From: Salisapilia sapeloensis CBS 127946
Taxonomy: Eukaryota > Protista > Oomycota
Length of the DNA: 64,000 nucleotides
Assembly (NCBI GenBank): GCA_023334545.1
Contig: JAADVB010000091.1
Coordinates: 1-64,000, forward strand
Reading direction: 5' to 3'
Shown: positions 22,411-35,254 of the stretch, in pieces
Layout of the letters: each line of letters begins with the position of its first letter
Position numbering within the stretch: the first letter of the stretch is position 1
Program-made: the position numbers and the translations under genes
The notes under the pieces: model-generated
Told to the model about the DNA's origin: nothing
Databases searched by the model: none
The model's input: the letters and a program-made list of their open reading frames with translations, nothing else

Positions 22411-24181
22411 ATGAAGAGTTGGACGGCGTGTAGCGTGGCTATGTTGGCCGCTGCGGCCGTGGCGGTTCAGGCAACGCCCATGGACGTGAATGAATGGCCG
22501 TCGGTCGAGGTAAGCACTTTTATAACTGACGAGAAAGTCGATTCCGCACTCATTTTCTCAAACTTACCGTGAACATGGTGGATGAGTAGAAAGATCACAC
22601 CAAGCTGCAGGTGGTGCTTCCAGAGCACTTGATGAAGCAAGACGGATACCCCCATAAAGATGCGCTCTTTGGGTACCCCAAGTACGCTGACGGCAGTCTG
22701 CAGGCGCAGCTTATCTACACGAATGCATCCGGCTGCGAGCCGCTTGAAGCCGGCGACTGGGAGCCCCCGTTCACCATGATGCTGGATCGGGGCGAGTGCC
22801 ACTTTGCTGACAAGGTGCGCAACGCCCAGAATGCCGGCGCGCAAGCCGTGCTTATCGCTGATAACAAGTGCCTATGCTCGGACGCAGAGTGTCTCCGACA
22901 AACGGGAGACAGCGTTTGTGAGACCGTGCTTCCCTATATGGTAAACCTTCTATTGCGATCTACCTATATATGTTTGACTCATTCAATTCCGTTATCTAGT
23001 CGGACGATGACTCGGCGGATGACATCACGGTCCCATCCATGCTCATCCGGAAGAGCGACGCCGATGCTATCAAGCAAGAGATTGCGCACGCCAAGGGTGT
23101 GAGCAATGTGCTCGTCAAGTTCGACTGGGGCGTTCCGTCTCCCGACGGTCGTGTTGAATGGACCCTCTGGCACAGCGCGTGGGATGACAGCTCGTCGCAG
23201 ACGCTGAACGAGCTGAAGAAGGTGGTCAAGGAGTTGGGCGACCGAGCCTACTTCACTCCTCGTTTCGTCTCGTACAATGGCACCAAGGTCGGCTGCCGCA
23301 GCGAAGACAAGCCGTGTGGCAATATGTGCCTGAACAATGGACGATACTGCCTTTTGGACCCGTCTCCCTTCCACGACCGAGCTACTGGCGCGTCGGGAGC
23401 GGACGTTGTCGTGGAAAATCTGCGTCGCAAGTGCATTTGGAAGCACGTGACGGAGAAGGATACGGCTGGGGTTGGCCTCGCGTGGTGGAACTACGTTGCC
23501 GACTCGAATGAAGAATGCGGCAAGGACGAGCAGCTATTCCGTGAACGCCGTTGCGCGGATCAGATCATGCGCCGTCACAAGATCGACGTCAAGGCTGTCA
23601 ACCAGTGCATGCAGCCCTACGGCCTCGATACGGACGAGGAGAATCCGTTGCTGGAGGAGGAATTGCAGGAGCAGACTGCTCTTCAGCTGCTTCGATTGCC
23701 TGCTTTGTACGTGGATGGCGTCCACATGCGTGGCCGAGTGGACACGAGCAACATTCTGGGCATGATCTGTGCAGGCTACGGTGACCACGACCCGCCAGCA
23801 GTGTGCTCTTGCGCCGGCCAGGCCATGGTCGGTATCAATGACTGTGTGAAGGCAGGTAACTTGGCAGCCGCGGCGTCGTTCGGAGGCTCCGGCTTCTCGT
23901 TCATGTCGCTCGTGGTCGTGTTTGTTGGCGTCGCCGGATGTGTCGCGTCGGCTGGATATGTATACTACCGTCGTACGCAGCGTCAGATGCGTGAGCAGGT
24001 TCGTTCGATCCTGTCCGAGTACATGCCGATGGAAGACCAAGGGCTGTTGGATGAAGACGATCTGGACGCTCCCGGTAGTCCGCGTGTGCACCCTGCCCAG
24101 AAGGCTGCGGCGAAGAGCCCGAGAGGCTACATGCCGACGCGTGGCTTCTTTGACGGAAGTGACGATGAAAATGGCGTGTAA
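22411..24181 (+). CDS. Vacuolar sorting receptor (VSR/BP-80-like), two introns
   Basis: Signal peptide. PA domain (LFGYPKY..MMLDRGEC.FADKVRNAQNAGAQAVLIADN). TRX-like domain (PDGRVEWTLW..FTPRFV..CLNNGRYC..GADVVVENLRRKC..WWNYV). TM segment and cytosolic RSILSEYMPME (plant VSR YMPL-type motif). Confidence 0.92.
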
Positions 24182-24209
24182 AGCGACGGGTAATGAATGC
24201 AAGAAGCTA

Positions 24210-25787
24210 TTAAAGCATGAAATCTTTGTAGACTGGGTTATCTGTTTCATCGAATCTCTTGTATGCGAGCTGGTCTAGGAACGCAACGAAGCGATTTTGG
24301 TCGTCTGCCGGGACTTGGAAGCCCACGAGCACTCGGCCGACGTCCGCTCCGTGATTGCGATAGTGGAATAGACTGATGTTCCAGTCATTCTGGAGCTTCT
24401 GGAGGAACGTCTGGAGCGCTCCCGGTCGATCTGGGAACTCGAAGCGGTAGAGCAGCTCAGACTCGGAGCTACGTCCTTTGCCGCCCGCCAAGTATCTCGT
24501 ATGCACCTTTGCCAATTCATTGTCCGTTAGATCCATGGCCTTGATCCCTGCTGCTTCTAGTCGGTCTAGCACATGTCTCGCTCCGTCCTCCTTCTCCGTC
24601 CGGAAGGATAGATGGACGAGCGCTTTCGTCGGGTCTGAGTATCGGTAGCTGAACTCGGTCACGTGTGCTCCTGCTTTCGACAGTTCATCGTGGAAGTGTC
24701 GGAAGGCACCTGGCGTTTCCTTAATCTGAGCAGACACCAGACGTTCCTTGGAGTCCGCTCGCTCTGCTACGAAGCGCAGTCGAGCAAAGTCCATGTTGGC
24801 GCCAGATGTGACGGCCACGAGCGTCTGGTTCGTGAGGTTCCGCGCTCGAGCGTACTGCTTTAGACCAGCTAGAGCCAAGACACCGGCAGGCTCCATGACT
24901 GCTCTCGTGTCGTTGAATCCGTCTTTGATAGCAGCACAGATCTCGTCCGTCGAGACACTGATCATCTCATCTACATACTGCTCACACACGCGATACGTCT
25001 CACTCCCAATAACCTTCACGGCAGCTCCATCTGCGAACAGACCGACGTGTTCCAACGACGACACTTGTCCGGCTTGGAGAGAGGCAGTCATGCCTGCTGC
25101 ATCCGATGCCTCTACTCCGATCACTTTGACGGACGGACGGATCTGCTTCACCCAGGCAGAGATACCAGCGAGCATACCGCCACCTCCACACGTGACAAAG
25201 ATAGCGTCTAGGTTCTGTCCACTTGTTTGCTGCAAGATTTCCATACCAACAGTGCCTTGTCCAGCGATAACGTACTGGTCGTCGAATGGGAGGAGCATCG
25301 TCTTGCCTTCTTCATTCATCAACCTCTTTGCCTCCGCTGCTGCTTCATCAAACGATTTGCCGTGTAAAACGATATCGACACTGTCGCCTCCGTGCATGCG
25401 TACTGCTCGGACTTTGAGCTCCGGAGCGACGGTCGGCATCACGATCGTCGCGTGGACACCGAGCTTACGTGCTGACAGCGCGACGCCTTGGGCGTGATTG
25501 CCTGCCGAGCAACATACGACGCCGTTCTGACGCTGCTCTTCGGTCAGACTCGCCAACTTGTTGTACGCACCACGGATCTTGAACGAAAAGACCGGCTGCT
25601 GATCCTCCCGTTTGAGCAGCACCGTGTTGCGAAGTTGCTTCGATAGCATCGGAGCAGGTTGCAACGCTGTTTCCTCAGCGACATCGTAGACGCGAGACTC
25701 TAGGATCATCTTGCGGTAGTCTGGTAGCGTCGATAGACGCGCATGGCGCCTGGAGAGTGCTGCCAACGGCCGCTTCGCTGCCCACAT
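24210..25787 (-). CDS. ilvA: Biosynthetic threonine dehydratase (IlvA/Ilv1) with a presequence, intronless
   Basis: VYDVAEET.L, LKREDQQPVFSFKIRGAYN (PLP Lys), SAGNHAQGV, CGGGGMLAG, and C-terminal ACT-like domains (FEFPDRPGAL..WNISLFHYRNHGADVGRVLVG). Likely start is MWAAKRP at 25787, although the ORF extends to 25886. Confidence 0.97.
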   Translation of the reverse strand: MWAAKRPLAALSRRHARLSTLPDYRKMILESRVYDVAEETALQPAPMLSKQLRNTVLLKREDQQPVFSFKIRGAYNKLASLTEEQRQNGVVCCSAGNHAQGVALSARKLGVHATIVMPTVAPELKVRAVRMHGGDSVDIVLHGKSFDEAAAEAKRLMNEEGKTMLLPFDDQYVIAGQGTVGMEILQQTSGQNLDAIFVTCGGGGMLAGISAWVKQIRPSVKVIGVEASDAAGMTASLQAGQVSSLEHVGLFADGAAVKVIGSETYRVCEQYVDEMISVSTDEICAAIKDGFNDTRAVMEPAGVLALAGLKQYARARNLTNQTLVAVTSGANMDFARLRFVAERADSKERLVSAQIKETPGAFRHFHDELSKAGAHVTEFSYRYSDPTKALVHLSFRTEKEDGARHVLDRLEAAGIKAMDLTDNELAKVHTRYLAGGKGRSSESELLYRFEFPDRPGALQTFLQKLQNDWNISLFHYRNHGADVGRVLVGFQVPADDQNRFVAFLDQLAYKRFDETDNPVYKDFML

Positions 25788-26122
25788 CGTTTGTGTGGTT
25801 TGATGTCGTCTCAAGTGATTGAGCAATCGATCTTGGAGAGACATAGCACGCAGAGAGAAGTTTCTACTGGCACAGGTACTCCACAATAGTTGATCATTCG
25901 TCCATTCTATTATAGTTATCTACCTGATACTGTGCTTTCACGCTATTGGAATGGATGTCGGAGGAAGGATGCAACAATATAAAACTGAAGTAGATAGAAA
26001 CTAAGTCGTACTCGTACACAAAAGTCTCGAGCTCATCGTGTAGCTTACCGTTGCATCCAATACTAGTAAACGTACAAGCACACTCTCGTTTGCACTCAAA
26101 GATCGACTACGTTTGTATTGAT

Positions 26123-27630
26123 TTAGAATCGATCTCGGAAGGTGTCGAAAATAGAGCTAAAGAATCCTCCAGAGTCGCTGTCCGCGTCTCCCCAATCGTC
26201 ACCCCCACCATCACCCCATTTGTCCGTTTCTCCACTGTCATCTGCAGTTTCACCCCCAGCATAAAGCTCTTCCTCACTCCCACCATAGAGCCCCTCCTCA
26301 CTTCCGTCTGCCTCTTGGGCTCCCATTTCATCCCCCATGCCACGGTTGCCCTCTCCACCTTCACCCCCACTACCTCCTGAACCACCAACAAAGATCGGCA
26401 TACCCATGCCACCACCGCCAGGAACTCTGGACGCAATCTCTCCTACCATTCGATCGAACGGTAGACTCTGCAGATAGACTTTTCCTGGTCCAGTCAACGT
26501 CGTCAGAAACATGCCTTCTCCTCCAAACGCCATGTTCTTCACGCCCTGAAGCATCTGCACATCGTACGCGACGCTCGGTTCGAACCCAACGAGACAGCCA
26601 CTTGATATCCGAAGCACTTCTCCAGGCTCTAAATCACGCTCGACGAGTACACCTCCAGCGCGAATGAGAACATCTCCTTCACCAGTTAAACGCTGGAGGA
26701 TAAATCCTTCGCCACCAAAGAACCCAGTGCCAAACTTTTTCGCAAATTCCTATGACACACTCGTTAGGCTTCGATCGAGGCTCTTGTACGCATGTTTAGT
26801 ACCATCTCGATCTTGACAGTGTCTGAGCCGCAGAGGAATGCACCCTTTTGACAAATAATCGAGTTTTCGATAAAGTCAGTTAGAGACAAGTGAACGATCT
26901 TGCTTGGGAAACGTGTGCCTAAGGCGACATGTCCGCTTCCGGTACCTCGGTAGATAAATCGAGATACGAAGAAGTTTTCTCCAGTCATGACTCTATCGAG
27001 CCATAGCGTTATGATGGTGTTTACTACATATAGATGGAAGTAGAGCATACCGTTTAAAGCCTTGCTGGAAACCTCCGGCTGTGGTTGTTTCCATCTCTAC
27101 ACCGTCCGTCATGTAAATCATGGAACCGGTCTCAGCTCTTAAGCATTGATTCGGTTTCAATTCCATCTAGACAAGTGTTATAAAGTTTCGTGTGATGTGT
27201 GAAAGAGATAGTAGATGTACATGAACAAGCTGGTTCTCCTGTCCTTCAATCTTCATGGACTTGGTAAAGTCAATCGGTACGAACACTTCGTCGTTCGGGT
27301 CTTCTCGATGTGGCACCACTGGCTTCTCATTCTCACGTTGCTCCTCAATTACCGGTTCTACGGCCGCTGGTTCTTTTGGCTGATTCGATTCCATACCTGG
27401 CATTTCACGAACGGTCTTACGTTCGGTGGCATTGTAATACACGACTTCACCTGTGTCATGAACGCATCAGACGCTAGTACGAGATCGAAACTACGATGCA
27501 GTCGTAGCTATGTACCATTTCGGCGCGTGATTTGCTCCCATCCTGCAGGCAGGTTCTTTGCAGAAGAAAAGTGAGCTTTGGAAGCCGAAAGCAATGCTCT
27601 AGCACGTAGCAATCGAGTTGCTCGGTACAT
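26123..27630 (-). CDS. AIM24: AIM24 (DUF124) family protein with a mitochondrial presequence and a WW-like domain, multi-exon
   Basis: MYRATRLLRARALLS..; LPAGWEQITRRNG | EVVYYNATERKT; L.PNQCLRAETGSMIYMTDGVEM; TGENFFVS; CQKGAFLC; FFGGEGFILQRLTGEG; SSGCLVGFE; FGGEGMFLTTLTGPGKVYLQSLP. Confidence 0.88.
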
Positions 27631-29784
27631 TTTTTGAAAAATGAACAAGTTCGTTCGAAAAGTACGATCTTTAAGAGATGTAGAGAGCACTGCTGCCAGT
27701 CGATCGAATAAGCTCCCTCTTCAATTCATTGCTATGGGCGTTCAATACTGCAATATCAGTCATCAATTCGAATATTGATGCTTTATGGCATGAAGCTAGC
27801 TATGTGTGTAGCAGTCGACAATAACGAGATCGTGGATTTAACCGGTGTTTTCATTGTCGAAAGATAAGATGCAAGTTTCGCCGAGTCAATGCTTTCTCAA
27901 CATAATCTACCTAGCAAATGATACGAACGTCATTTATCTGTCAACAGCAAGGTGTTATTACCGAATTGCTTGAACCTCATTCTCGAGTAATACATTGTGC
28001 ATACTCTCGAAGTACCTTTGCTACACCAAAGCACGCTTCCAGAGTATTATGCACATCCTTATATCAAAAAGTGAATTTCGTAACTTTAGCTTTCCTCTAC
28101 ACAATGAGACACGTTCTAGTTCTTGCTCAAGACTCTGCAAATCAGTGGTTCCAATCTCTAATTACTTTCTGGTCCACTAACGAGATGGCTATTTCGATTG
28201 AAGACACAAGATCTGGAAACTTGGAGTATCTAATAACCTTTGTGGTCATCTCTATGAGACCAATGAAAGAACAAAGTGACTATCAGACAACGTGCTTATC
28301 GTTGCTGTTGGCATGCAAAAGCCGTTCCCTTAATGAATGGTGCATCCGCAAGTAGAGCAAAACGAGAACTAATAGTTCACTCCTGTTAAACCAGTATCAA
28401 CGCCTGAAAATCTGCATTCTTTATCACAAGATACACAGCAAAGAACAAGTCTACGAGTGCACTATGGTACCGAAGAGGTATGAAATGAAGAGCACAAAAC
28501 GATACCATCTTATCCAACTAAAGAGCTACTGCTACCTAGTGTGCGTATTTCGTGTTTAAAGTGTACGCTCTGAAAATTTGGTGTGTACGTAGACGCTGCT
28601 AATGTGTGAAAACGCCACCCGCTTAATGCCGATTAACTCGTGCGATTTGAAATGACAAGGCAAATACTTTCGACGTGTTTATCGATCTAGCAGAATAGGG
28701 TGTGCAAATATCTTCGTGAAACCTTAGCGTGATCAGGGGAAGAGGAAACAGCAGAGATGCAGGTATCTTTGTATTTTGCCGATCCAAGTCACGCTTGGCC
28801 GACTTGGACTGGCTTGACTAGACATCCCTCATACCACTGAATGTGCTTTAGGCATGGCCTGGAATAGTCGGATTGGATGATCTTTACAAGCACTCATTGG
28901 CATCGCCTGTCAAAGCCTTTGAACCGATGCAGCAGATACTAGCAAAGGGGATAAGCTGTGCAAGCAAACACAGCCGCGCAGGTGGAGTAAAGGCCTAATT
29001 TGCCATCGGATGTGCCAAAAACGGAGTCGTACGTAAGTCCTCGAGGCGGTTTCACGCTCAAATTAGCATTATCCCAGACGAATCACTTTTCCGAAAGGAG
29101 TTTCAAGCCAAAACAGACTATTCTAGCCTCCCTCATTGCGCCCTGAGGAGGCGGAAACCAACCTTTGGGACGCGACTCCTGCCGTTCAAAAATAGCGGGC
29201 TTTTGACACCGTACTTTACCGACTCTAAAAATAAATTTATGTTTCTGACTGTAAATTACGTCTTTCGCGCGTCTTTGATTTGAAATTGAAGAGAGCGCAG
29301 CCTACTTTATCTCAGTCAAACCGGATCTGCACCAATGAAATCCCTCCAAATCACAAAGTAAACTACGCCAGATACTTTCGTGATCCAAGTAACTTACTGT
29401 CCGTTTTGAAACCACGCCAATGGTGAGGAGAAAAGCGCGCTCCCAGGCGTGAAAGTTTCATTCGTCAAAAGTCGAGACTGAGAGCAAAGCAAAGCGCCCG
29501 CCAGCCACGAGCAGCGCCGCTTCAGCAACCCCCTCCATTCGCTTACGTCCACAGGCCTATTTGCCCACATCCCTCTCACGGTACGCCTCCTTCCTATCTT
29601 TCCCGCACGCCCGTCGGCAACTTTTGCGCGCTCGTGCCTTTTCCTGTCAATTCCGCAAAGTTGACCCTCAACTTGCCGATCTGGCGGGGGAGCTCCTCCA
29701 TATCTTGTTCGACAGCCTACTCACTCGTATTCTTCATCTATCTGTAGACTCTGTCGACAGTTCCCCATCAATCTTAAGGACTAA

Positions 29785-31131
<1,347 letters not shown>

Positions 31132-31695
31132 GCGCGAGTCGTGAGCATCCGAATGGCTCTTTGCTTCTCGGCTTCGTATATATACTACTCCTCTCTTACA
31201 ATACACAGGCGCATAGTGGACTTCTTTCTCGTTTTGGCAGGTACATCTCCAGCACATCTTTCTTTTCTTTTCGCACTCGGATTTGCTATCCTTTCGAACG
31301 AAATAGCTTACGATCGTTTCAAATTGGAGAAAGTGGTTTTTGGCGTTTCGTGTTTCTTGTTCTTAGCAATAGAATATGTGGTAGCGAGTCTCAACTTCTC
31401 ATACGACCATGCGATCGAGTGGATAGTCTCTCTGGTAGATGCGACCTAGTTTCTAGTTACGTCATGAATCTATCGGGTGGTGGAAGATACCGCTTGGATG
31501 CAGCTTCAAGTTCACTCGCCACTGTCCGTGGCATGGTTGTAGATGCTAGGCAAGTAGCACCAAGGCTTCTACTACTTTCCATGACTGCATTGCTACTTTG
31601 AGACCACCAGGCATCAAGAACTACATGCTTGACTATAAATAGACAGTATCATTTCGCAGTCGATGATATAAGCCTTCTTATCTTGGCATTCGAGG

Positions 31696-32712
31696 ATGAA
31701 GCCTTTGTCTCCACTACCAATAGAAATATGCCCATGTCCACAACTTCCAACTGGATCAATAACACCGAAAGCGTGCCCACGACATCGATCCGAGCAACCA
31801 GATATCGAGTATCCGTCCTTCCGTGAATCGTTCTTCTTTAACGAGACCTTCAACCATCGCATACGGCATGAAGGATCCGAGCTTGATCCCATGTCGAGCG
31901 TGAAGGAGTCGAAGCGACTTTGGACTGCGAATGGGCCCTGGATCTCGAACCGAGTCGCTAAAACAGCTACTTCACAAGGATCTGCTTTCCGTAATGCAGC
32001 TTTTAGTCCAGACCGACTTTATAGTACAAATCGAAGGTCACTCGGCTATGAAGTCCATCGTAAGTTCTTATCTGCGTATGAAAATGACTGTAATGTATCT
32101 CAGTGAGGTGATATTGTCGCTTGAATCGTACGTAGGATCTCTTCGAGGTACAAGTTTATGCAGTACGGTCAAGCGATTTCCACAGGTATCGTCATTCGAG
32201 TAGCAACGATGGAAATGATAGCGACTTATGCTTTCTTTAAAGAGCCGCGAAAATGGTCCCGGTCCTGGTGCGTACTCCTCTCCTTCCGTCGACGACATAG
32301 CACGAGCCAAGATCCGATCAGCACCCAAACCAGTTCGGACGGGCTATCAGCAAAATGAGGTTTCTATACTACTTTAATTCTATCTTGCTAGGCAATCCAC
32401 TAATGCGTGGTGACGCAGAGACTTCAGCAATGGCAAAAGAAGCCTGACTATCGAGCTCTGGATAGCGGAGATGTATGGAAGAAAATGTCCGACGTACCAT
32501 CCGCAACCAACTACTCCTTTCAGCGTTCGAAGCAGCCGACGTGGATTGAAAAAATCGAGCACCATCAGCAACAGACCTTTCCTGTAGCTACGAAGCCATC
32601 CCTTACAGATCGAAAGAAGAAACTTCGCAGACACCAGGAAGACCAAATGCCAGACTTTATTCAAGGTCAAAGCACAAACTTCATCACTAGTTCGAAAAAG
32701 CTAGAAGGGTAA
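31696..32712 (+). CDS. Hypothetical multi-exon protein with a PGPGAY (sperm-tail PG-rich/ODF3-type) motif; 5' end uncertain
   Basis: GTAAGT donor at 32060. Exon RLMLSLKSRENGPGPGAYSS..QQNE (PGPGAY at 32258-32275) splices in phase 0 (intron 32359-32418, branch CACTAAT) to ORF 32419-32712. Confidence 0.4.
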
Positions 32713-32754
32713 ATAAAAAGAAAAGAATGTCGTTTGATACTTGTATTATACGCG

Positions 32755-33253
32755 TCACGCTTTGGTTTTTGACGGTCGCTTGGCCGCTGTCCGATTTGCA
32801 ATCTATGGCCAATGCAGCAATCAGCTTAACTATTGTACTTTGGATAAAATAGGTAGTACGTACATAGCTTTGAGGATTATTCGGGTCTTTTGTCCATGTC
32901 AGTCCAGTGAGATGAGGTGCGTCCTTAAATAGCATTAAAAAGTCACCAGTCCGTTCAACTCGACCTCCTGAAAGGTAGAGGTGATTGCCACGCATGGTGA
33001 CTTGGCATTGTGCAATTTGCAGAATGTCTCCAGGTCGAATGTGGGCAGCAACAGGCTTGCCTAGAAGGAGAGATATGCTAGCGGTCTCGTCAGCTACGAG
33101 AATCGTCACAGGGCTGCTACCACCGTTCGTCGGTTCATCGCTCTTATTCCATCCTTCAAGTACGATCACTTTTATACTAACTTCTTTATCAGCCAAGGCT
33201 GGTGTCAAGTCTTTTAAGCGAGACCATGTTGTCTTCTTGCGCTCGGTACTCAT
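32755..33253 (-). CDS. SOSS-B / NABP (SSB1)-like OB-fold single-stranded DNA-binding protein
   Basis: RLKDLTPAL..IKVIVLE..ILVADETASISL..HIRPGDILQI..HLYLSGG..RTGDFLMLF aligns motif by motif with SOSS-B (IKP..FIVLE..VADKTGSI..IQPGDII..IGEFCMVY). A short last exon ends at TGA 32757-32755. Confidence 0.8.
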
Positions 33254-33719
33254 CCCTCCTGTGTACTTGGATATGTTGTCACGTACGTTGTCCTGAAAGC
33301 GCAACCTTCCGAAAACCTCCAGACAACAAATGGCTATTGCGCCCAACCAGGAAGCATGATGGAAATACGACCTCGGAAATCTACGTTTTTGGTTGCTGTA
33401 TTATGAGTGAGATCTCATTAAAAGTAGTTATCGCGTCTGCACCACAGCATGTGCGTTACTATAGTAGAAGTAAATATTTGTCCATCGACTACTCTTTGAA
33501 TTGCAATCCGGATCCGTGCTCTTAGTGTAACTACTTCATCTATTTTAGTTGCTAGCAAGGGAGCTGCTTTATTTACACGCGGATGAGTACAATGCTCTTT
33601 ACAAAGATGCATATCACGTAGTATTTACCACATAAACTCGTTCTTGAAGTTCTTAGTGAAACTTCATTTTGGCACCTCCACGGCGTAGACGAAAATAGAC
33701 ATCGCTTCCATCGCCTAAA

Positions 33720-35254
33720 ATGGAGTGGAATGATCTTTTCGTACACTCATTCGCCTCTCCGATAGATAAAAATGAACCAAACATGCCAAAGCATGGCACA
33801 AACAATAATAATGAAGGAAAGATAGCGAATGATGACACTGACAACAACATACAAGACTCCAAGAATATACAAGCAAATTTACTGCATGTGTATCAATCGC
33901 CTCTAGAGTTCCTTGTCAGTAAGCATCCTACCATAGCTGAAGACAAGACGGTATATTCTGGCGATATGGCGATAAGGATGTGGAGGAACGAAAGACAGGA
34001 TACGTATTACTCCACTGCGTTTGATATTGGAAAGATCCCGGCATATTCGTCACTCACTTCAGCATTCAGCTTGGGTTGCGCGGCAGCACTAAAGTTGAGA
34101 GTCTACACTTTTCTTTGGAACGTCATGGATAAAAGAGACTGGGGTATTTGGCAACTCCATCGCTACTTTACCAATTATACAGAGGAATCCATGCCTGTTG
34201 CTATCAAAGATTGCTCTAGGAAGTATAGCAAACGGCACTTACTACAAGAGCAAACGCAACTATATGTGCATTTGCCCAAGTTTTTACAAGGTATGAAGCG
34301 ACTCGGATTTCCGGTGGACAAAGTTTTAAAGCAGCAATGGTATCACTTCTACGCTGAGATCCGAGCTCTCAATGTTCCAACTACGATCAAGCACTGGCAT
34401 ATTGCAGCTTTCAAGACATTTCTGATCGACCCAATGCATTCGGTAAGTATTTTGTGCTTATTGTAGACATTGCAGCGGGTACCGAACAAAACAGTGACTT
34501 GTTAAATTATGCAGACCTTCTGGAATAATCTGGCTCACGAGATTGTTGATGGTGTCGCTGAAGATTCGAATGAAGCCTTATCAAGCTTAGTTCATATTTA
34601 CTTTCCGATCGAAAAGTTGGAAGAGAGCGATCATAAAGTTCCATATGAGCTATTCAAGGAGCAATTAGGAACTTTTCTTTCGAAGTTCGCATCGACCAGC
34701 AATCAGGTGTCTCCATCGCACACAATTTGCCGTCTCCTCCATCGGTTTGATACGAGCTCAAAAGGTGGAACTATTGGTCTTGAGGAATTTCAAATAGAGC
34801 TTGTAGCTGGATTGAGAATGGCAAGGGATCAAAAGAAACTTGTCAATAAGTCGTTCGTTCAGTGCCCAAAGTCAAAACTTGCCATAACTCCTTTAGTCAG
34901 ACCTAATGTTGAGGCGTTCACCACATCGGGAGCAATGAAGAAGCTGTACAGTTCTCGAGCTAAGAATAAGTATCAAGTGAAAGAGGAAATTACGGATACT
35001 GCTGACACTGAACAAAAATCGTTAATGAAGAACAATCCGTTACAACTGAAGAGACTAGGCAACTGTAAACTTGCTCGCATGCGAAGATTACCCGTATCTC
35101 GATTACTTCGGTAGGATAAGTTGAAACTTTTGATCGAGAAATTAAGGAGAACTAATGTCTATGATGTAGGGAAGGAGTGTCCTTTCGACCGCAGCATTCA
35201 GAGCAAGAGATGGATGACTTAAATGCAATATCTGCTCGAGAAGAATCGTTTTAA
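33720..35254 (+). CDS. Hypothetical protein (about 470 aa, 3 exons) with one EF-hand-like loop
   Basis: ORFs 33720-34442 and 34515-35110 join in frame through intron 34443-34514 (GTAAGT..CAG). Intron 35111-35169 adds a final 28-codon exon. Motif LHRFDTSSKGGTIGLEEF. Confidence 0.55.

Noticed and set aside
31141-31601. Hydrophobic ORFs immediately downstream of beta-tubulin
   Set aside because: They are T-rich 3'-flank sequence that translates as hydrophobic, and no consistent gene model or motif could be built.
34434-34450. Minus-strand ATACTTACC, identical to the U1 snRNA 5' end
   Set aside because: It is simply the reverse complement of a strong GTAAGTAT splice donor, and no U1 stem-loops or Sm site follow.
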